Below, in pieces: positions 59,875 through 64,000 of a stretch of DNA of 64,000 nt. This DNA is from Parcubacteria group bacterium (GTDB lineage: Bacteria > Patescibacteriota > Minisyncoccia > Phycocordibacterales > 21-14-all-47-15): assembly GCA_016181845.1 (NCBI GenBank), contig JACOYO010000002.1:20780-84779 (forward strand), written 5' to 3'. The notes below the pieces were generated by a model. The model made no database searches. It saw nothing but the letters and a program-made list of their open reading frames with translations, and had not been told where the DNA came from. The position numbers were made by a program, and so were the translations under genes. The stretch's first letter is position 1; every line of letters begins with the position of its first letter.

Positions 59875-60540
59875 ATGACGAAAATTCTTATTAAAAAAGA
59901 AGCCATTGAACTTCGCAGTCAGGGATATTCGTATAAGTATATAGCCCAAAAACTCCGCGTTTCTAAAAGCACATTGAGCAGCTGGCTTTCCTGTGTCTCG
60001 TATGTGCCAAATGAAGAAACTATGCAGAGAATAGAACAAGCCAGAGAAAAATCAGGTAAAGCAAAAAATCGGCAAAAGGTTGAATCAATAACAAAAGCGC
60101 AAGAAATGGCAAAAAAAGACATAGGCAGACTTACGCGACGGGATTTGTTTATGTTGGGGGTCGGCCTGTACATAGGAGAAGGCAGTAAAACAATGAATTT
60201 AGTCAGAATAATTAATGCAAATCCAAAAGTGATATCCTTTGCTATCAGATGGTTTAAGGAGATATGCGGCTTGAATAACGAACATTTTTCTATTAGGATT
60301 CATTTGTACCCTGATAACAATGTTGAAGATTGTCTGCGTTTTTGGTCGAGGTCTTCCGGGCTTCCACGAAAACAATTTCAGAAGACACAAATTGATTTGA
60401 GGACAAATAAAAAAATATCTAAAAGAGGAAAACTTCCTTATGGAACAGCGCACATAACAATAAAAAGCAGAGGAAGAAAAGAGTTCGGAGTATTTCTAGC
60501 CAGGAAGATCCATTTTTGGATGGAAGAAGTGGTGAAATAA
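59875..60540 (+). CDS. HTH + LAGLIDADG-like protein abutting tRNA-Gly
   Basis: N-terminal HTH (LRSQGYSY..IAQKLRVSKSTLSSWL); LGVGLYIGEG helix followed by an I.N.NP..I strand-helix pattern. Confidence 0.7.
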   Translation: MTKILIKKEAIELRSQGYSYKYIAQKLRVSKSTLSSWLSCVSYVPNEETMQRIEQAREKSGKAKNRQKVESITKAQEMAKKDIGRLTRRDLFMLGVGLYIGEGSKTMNLVRIINANPKVISFAIRWFKEICGLNNEHFSIRIHLYPDNNVEDCLRFWSRSSGLPRKQFQKTQIDLRTNKKISKRGKLPYGTAHITIKSRGRKEFGVFLARKIHFWMEEVVK

Positions 60541-60546
60541 AAACTT

Positions 60547-60617
60547 GCGGGATTAGTTTAATGGTAGAACATCAGTTTTCCAAACTGATGGCAGGAGTTC
60601 GATTCTCCTATCCCGCA
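60547..60617 (+). tRNA. tRNA-Gly(TCC)
   Basis: GCGGGAT TA GTTT AATGGTA GAAC A TCAGT TTTCCAA ACTGA ... AGGAG TTCGATT CTCCT ATCCCGC A. Confidence 0.94.
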
Positions 60618-60875
60618 TAAAAATAAGGAGCACAAAGCGAAGCTTTGGGCGACTATATTTTTTATAGCGGGTATGGAGAATCGAAAGGCGGAGGCCGCGA
60701 AGCCGAATCCGAAGCGAAGCATAGGATTCGTGGCCGAGCCAGGGTCGTGAGCGCATATTTATAAAGAACGTAGCGATTATATAAATAGCGACTCCTGACC
60801 GATTCTCCTATCCCGCATAAAAATAAGGAGCACGAAGCGAAGCTTTGGACGACTATATTTTTTATAGCGGGTATG
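60600..60875 (+). repeat. tRNA-linked structured element, 200-bp period (copy 2)
   Basis: 76-bp direct repeat (2 mismatches) 60600-60675 / 60800-60875; core shared with 30990-31065. Confidence 0.85.
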
Positions 60876-62024
60876 AAAAAAAAATCTATTGATACCAAGG
60901 GTCTACGCACGTGGATTGAAATTGACACGAAAGCGCTGAAACATAATTTCAGTATTTTTCGCAATAAAATTGAGCCGAAGGTGCAATTGATGGCCATAGC
61001 AAAGTCAAACGCTTACGGTCATGGGCTGGTGCCGTACGCAAAGACGATGGAGCGTTTTGGCGCTGACTGGCTCGGTGTTGATTCAATCAAAGAAGCGCTT
61101 CGGTTGAGAAAAGATGGAATAAAATGCCCGATTTTGGTGCTTGGTTATACGCTTCCTGAAAATATCTCGCTTGGCGCTCGTTACGCGATTGACCTCACAG
61201 TTTCCACAAAAGAAGGGCTTTCATATTGCGCCAAACTTCCTTCGAGCGACAAACAAAAACTCCGTATCCATTTGAAAATTGATACCGGAATGGGACGGCA
61301 GGGTTTTTTTGCGGAAGACATGGCGGCAGTCGCGCGGTTTCTCAAAAAGAATTTTTCAAAAAACACTATTGCTGGCGTGTATACGCATTTTGCCACGGCA
61401 AAAAATCCGAGTTTCCCGAAAGAGACGCTTGAGCAGATAGGGCGTTTCAAAAAAGCAGTCGCCATACTGCATAATGCCGGCTTCACGCCAATTCGTCACG
61501 CGTGCGCCACGTCCGGCACTATCCTTTTCCCTTCGGCGCATTTTGATATGGTTCGTATCGGCATTGGCTTATTTGGTCTTTGGCCAGCAAAAGAAGTGCA
61601 AGCCGCGTATGAAAAGCGTATCTCTTTGAAACCGGCGCTTTCGTGGAAGACCATTATCAGTGAAGTAAAGACGTTTCCTAATGGGAGCGGTATCGGATAT
61701 GACCTCACCGAAAGATTGCCGGCAGGTTCTCGCATTGCCGTTTGTCCTATCGGATATTGGCACGGCTACCCGCGCGCGCTTTCAAGCATAGGCAGAGGGC
61801 TGATACGCGGAAAAATCGCAAAAATAACAGGCCGTGTTTCCATGGATATGATAGCAATTGATGTAACAAAGATTGCCAACGCGCGGGTAGGGGACGAGGT
61901 CGTTTTGATTGGTTGTGATAAAAACGCCTGTATAACTGCCGACGAGCTGGCGTTTCTTGCCGATACCACCAATTATGAAATAGTTACGCGGATTAACCCG
62001 CTTATCAAAAGAATATATTTATAG
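60873..62024 (+). CDS. alr: alanine racemase
   Basis: AIAKSNAYGHG (PLP lysine), HLKIDTGMGRQG, VRIGI, GRVSMD, TTNYE. Confidence 0.97.
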   Translation: MKKKSIDTKGLRTWIEIDTKALKHNFSIFRNKIEPKVQLMAIAKSNAYGHGLVPYAKTMERFGADWLGVDSIKEALRLRKDGIKCPILVLGYTLPENISLGARYAIDLTVSTKEGLSYCAKLPSSDKQKLRIHLKIDTGMGRQGFFAEDMAAVARFLKKNFSKNTIAGVYTHFATAKNPSFPKETLEQIGRFKKAVAILHNAGFTPIRHACATSGTILFPSAHFDMVRIGIGLFGLWPAKEVQAAYEKRISLKPALSWKTIISEVKTFPNGSGIGYDLTERLPAGSRIAVCPIGYWHGYPRALSSIGRGLIRGKIAKITGRVSMDMIAIDVTKIANARVGDEVVLIGCDKNACITADELAFLADTTNYEIVTRINPLIKRIYL

Positions 62025-62067
62025 ACCCGCGCAAATGAATCCGTGAAGGACGGTCCTTCACGGATTG

Positions 62068-62113
62068 AAAACAAAAAAATCCCCTGACATAATATCAGGG
62101 GATTTTTTGTTTT
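62068..62113. terminator. bidirectional terminator
   Basis: AAAACAAAAAAATCCCCTGA...TCAGGGGATTTTTTGTTTT between convergent alr and hup. Confidence 0.7.
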
Positions 62114-62130
62114 CTTGATCAAGAAAACTT

Positions 62131-62403
62131 TTATTTGACTGAATCCTTGAATGCCTTTGCTGCGCGGAATTTTGGTACGCGCATTGCGGGAACCTGCACG
62201 GTCGCGCCGGTTCGCGGATTTCGCGCGGTTCGCGCCGCGCGTTGTTTTGCGGAGAAAATACCGAGTCCAGCGATTGAAACTTCACCGCCCGATTTGAGCG
62301 TATTGATAATGGAATTAACAAAAATATCAGTGGCTTCTTCTGCTGATGATTTTGTAATACCCAATTTCTGGTGGATTGCGTCAACGATAGCTGCTTTATT
62401 CAT
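62131..62403 (-). CDS. hup: DNA-binding protein HU
   Basis: MNKAAIVDAI...GLGIF...RAARTARNPRTG...PKFRAAKAFKD. Confidence 0.96.
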   Translation of the reverse strand: MNKAAIVDAIHQKLGITKSSAEEATDIFVNSIINTLKSGGEVSIAGLGIFSAKQRAARTARNPRTGATVQVPAMRVPKFRAAKAFKDSVK

Positions 62404-62696
62404 AAGAATGTTATAGAGAATGAATACATTGGTTGATAAAGTCGACCACAATACATGCTAGACCATGCAAACTATGAAAAGTCTAGATTGTAGGCCCATA
62501 ATTACATTATATAAGAAGCGTTTTTTTGCGCAAGAATAGTATAAACAGCGATTTATCAGACCAAATCTAAAAAGAAAAGTCAAAAAAACATTCCTATCGC
62601 CTATTTCACCTGCCAAAAGCAGGGTCAATAACGGCGATTTCCATTCTACTTACCGTAGAATGGAATCGGATGAAAAATAAAGCAGTTTATTTTTCA

Positions 62697-64000
62697 TTAG
62701 CGCGCGTATTCTATGACACGCGATTCGCGGATGACGTTTACCTTTATTTCCCCGGGATATTTTAGTTCTTGTTCAATCCGGCGAGCGATATCTTGAGCAA
62801 GTTTTCGCGCATCTATATCGGAAATTTTTTCCGGAACCACAAAGACCCGTATTTCGCGTCCTGCCTGAATCGCGTGCGCGTGCTCAACTCCATCAAAAGA
62901 TGTCGCAATACCTTCAAGGTCGCCAAGACGTTTCAGATAATGCTCAACCGTGTCGCGCCGCGCGCCAGGGCGTCCGCCTGATATGGCATCGGCAACCTGC
63001 ACGATGATTGATTCAACGGTTTCATACGGATATTCTTCATGATGCGCTTGCATTGCCTGGATAATTCGTTTGTCCGCGCCGAATTTTTCAAGAATGCGAC
63101 GCCCTATTTCCACATGAGTGCCCTGCACTTCGTGGTCAACCGCTTTTCCTATGTCATGGAGGAGCGCTCCGGCTTTTGCTATGACAACATCCGCCCCCAA
63201 CTCTTCAGCAAGGACCGCTGAAATGTGCGCCATTTCAATAGAATGTTGAAGCACGTTTTGACCATAACTTGTTCTGAAATACAGCCGTCCCAAAATAGAG
63301 ATGATGCGTGGGTCAAGATTGTAGACACCGCACTCATATGCCGCCTGTTCCCCTTTTTCTTTTATGATTTTATTGATTTCCGAGCGCGCTTTTTCAATCG
63401 CATCTTCTATTTTTGCGGGCTGAATCCGTCCGTCCATAATCAAATTCTCAAGCGCCACTCGGGCAATTTGTCTGCGCACCGGATCAAAAGCGGAAATGGT
63501 AATGGTGCCGGGCGTATCATCAACGATTAAATCAACACCCGCAATCCGTTCAAACGCGCGGATATTACGGCCTTCTTTACCGATGATTTTTCCTTTAACG
63601 TCATCAGAAGGAATGGTAATTGACGTCGCCATAACTTCAGAAGCGACGGAATTGCCGAGCCGATGTATTGAGGCGGTCAGTATTTCTTTTGCTTTTCGGT
63701 CAAGCTGTTCGGCGCCGAACATATCCAATTTTTTCAGACGCAAAAGCAACGCTTCTTCGTTTTTCTTCTCCGCTTCTTTGATAAGAAGTTCTTTCGCGTC
63801 TTCTTGCGAAAGATTCGCGACCTCTTCAAGCTTCTTTGAAGCCGTGTTTTGTATTTCTTCCGTTCGCGCTTTGATATTTTTTGCTTCCTCTATATATTTT
63901 TTAACGGTTCCTTCTTGCGCAAAGAGTTCCGTTTGTCGCTTGTCCAGCAACTCCTCTTTTTTAACCAGTCTGTCTTGAGCTTGTTTCGTCTCAAGCTCTT
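62697..64000 (-). CDS. rny: ribonuclease Y (5' end outside window)
   Basis: KGKIIGKEGRNIR (KH), RTSYGQNVLQHS, LLHDIGKA (HD), AIQAGREIRV. Confidence 0.97.
   Translation of the reverse strand, partial: ELETKQAQDRLVKKEELLDKRQTELFAQEGTVKKYIEEAKNIKARTEEIQNTASKKLEEVANLSQEDAKELLIKEAEKKNEEALLLRLKKLDMFGAEQLDRKAKEILTASIHRLGNSVASEVMATSITIPSDDVKGKIIGKEGRNIRAFERIAGVDLIVDDTPGTITISAFDPVRRQIARVALENLIMDGRIQPAKIEDAIEKARSEINKIIKEKGEQAAYECGVYNLDPRIISILGRLYFRTSYGQNVLQHSIEMAHISAVLAEELGADVVIAKAGALLHDIGKAVDHEVQGTHVEIGRRILEKFGADKRIIQAMQAHHEEYPYETVESIIVQVADAISGGRPGARRDTVEHYLKRLGDLEGIATSFDGVEHAHAIQAGREIRVFVVPEKISDIDARKLAQDIARRIEQELKYPGEIKVNVIRESRVIEYAR

Noticed and set aside
60553-60997. Similar ORFs on the minus strand at 30791-31131 and 60553-60997 (SRP.LGHES.A.LRIRLRGLRLSIL)
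   Set aside because: They are translations of the antisense strand of the non-coding repeat and overlap tRNAs
1-64000. Alternative genetic code (TGA=Gly, code 25)
   Set aside because: dnaA, dnaN, holA, rsmA and yidC end at TGA at expected lengths, and conserved genes are intact under code 11

Overview
Origin-region segment of a bacterial chromosome. It is most consistent with a Patescibacteria/CPR (Parcubacteria-like) genome using the standard code, since TGA is used as a stop. Housekeeping genes: rpmH-rnpA-yidD, dnaA-oriC-dnaN, a class A PBP, tyrS, ruvA/B/C, polA, holA, gmk, murE, rpsT, nth, pcrA, rsmA, yidC-jag, alr, HU and rny. Also present: four tRNAs (Lys-TTT, Arg-GCG, Ser-TGA, Gly-TCC), a probable 6S-like RNA, a Phd/RelE toxin-antitoxin pair, a PilB/GspE ATPase and a ~13 kb VirB4/VirB6/PrgI/pilin T4SS-like locus. 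The most unusual signals are non-coding or very small: (1) a structured element of exactly 200-bp period behind two different tRNAs, carrying an antisense copy and a direct repeat of its own host tRNA 3' end; (2) several sequence-unrelated palindrome families sharing one geometry (about 9-bp arms, 5-nt core), including a 79-bp REPIN/MITE-like unit in five copies and in-frame insertions in rsmA; (3) a four-helix-bundle ORF bracketed by inverted repeats, with an ORF-less copy nearby; (4) an ABC1/UbiB-type kinase flanked on both sides by paralogous two-TM microproteins missing from the ORF track. No transposase, integrase, relaxase or CRISPR array was recognised. All product calls come from motif recognition by eye, not from database searches.
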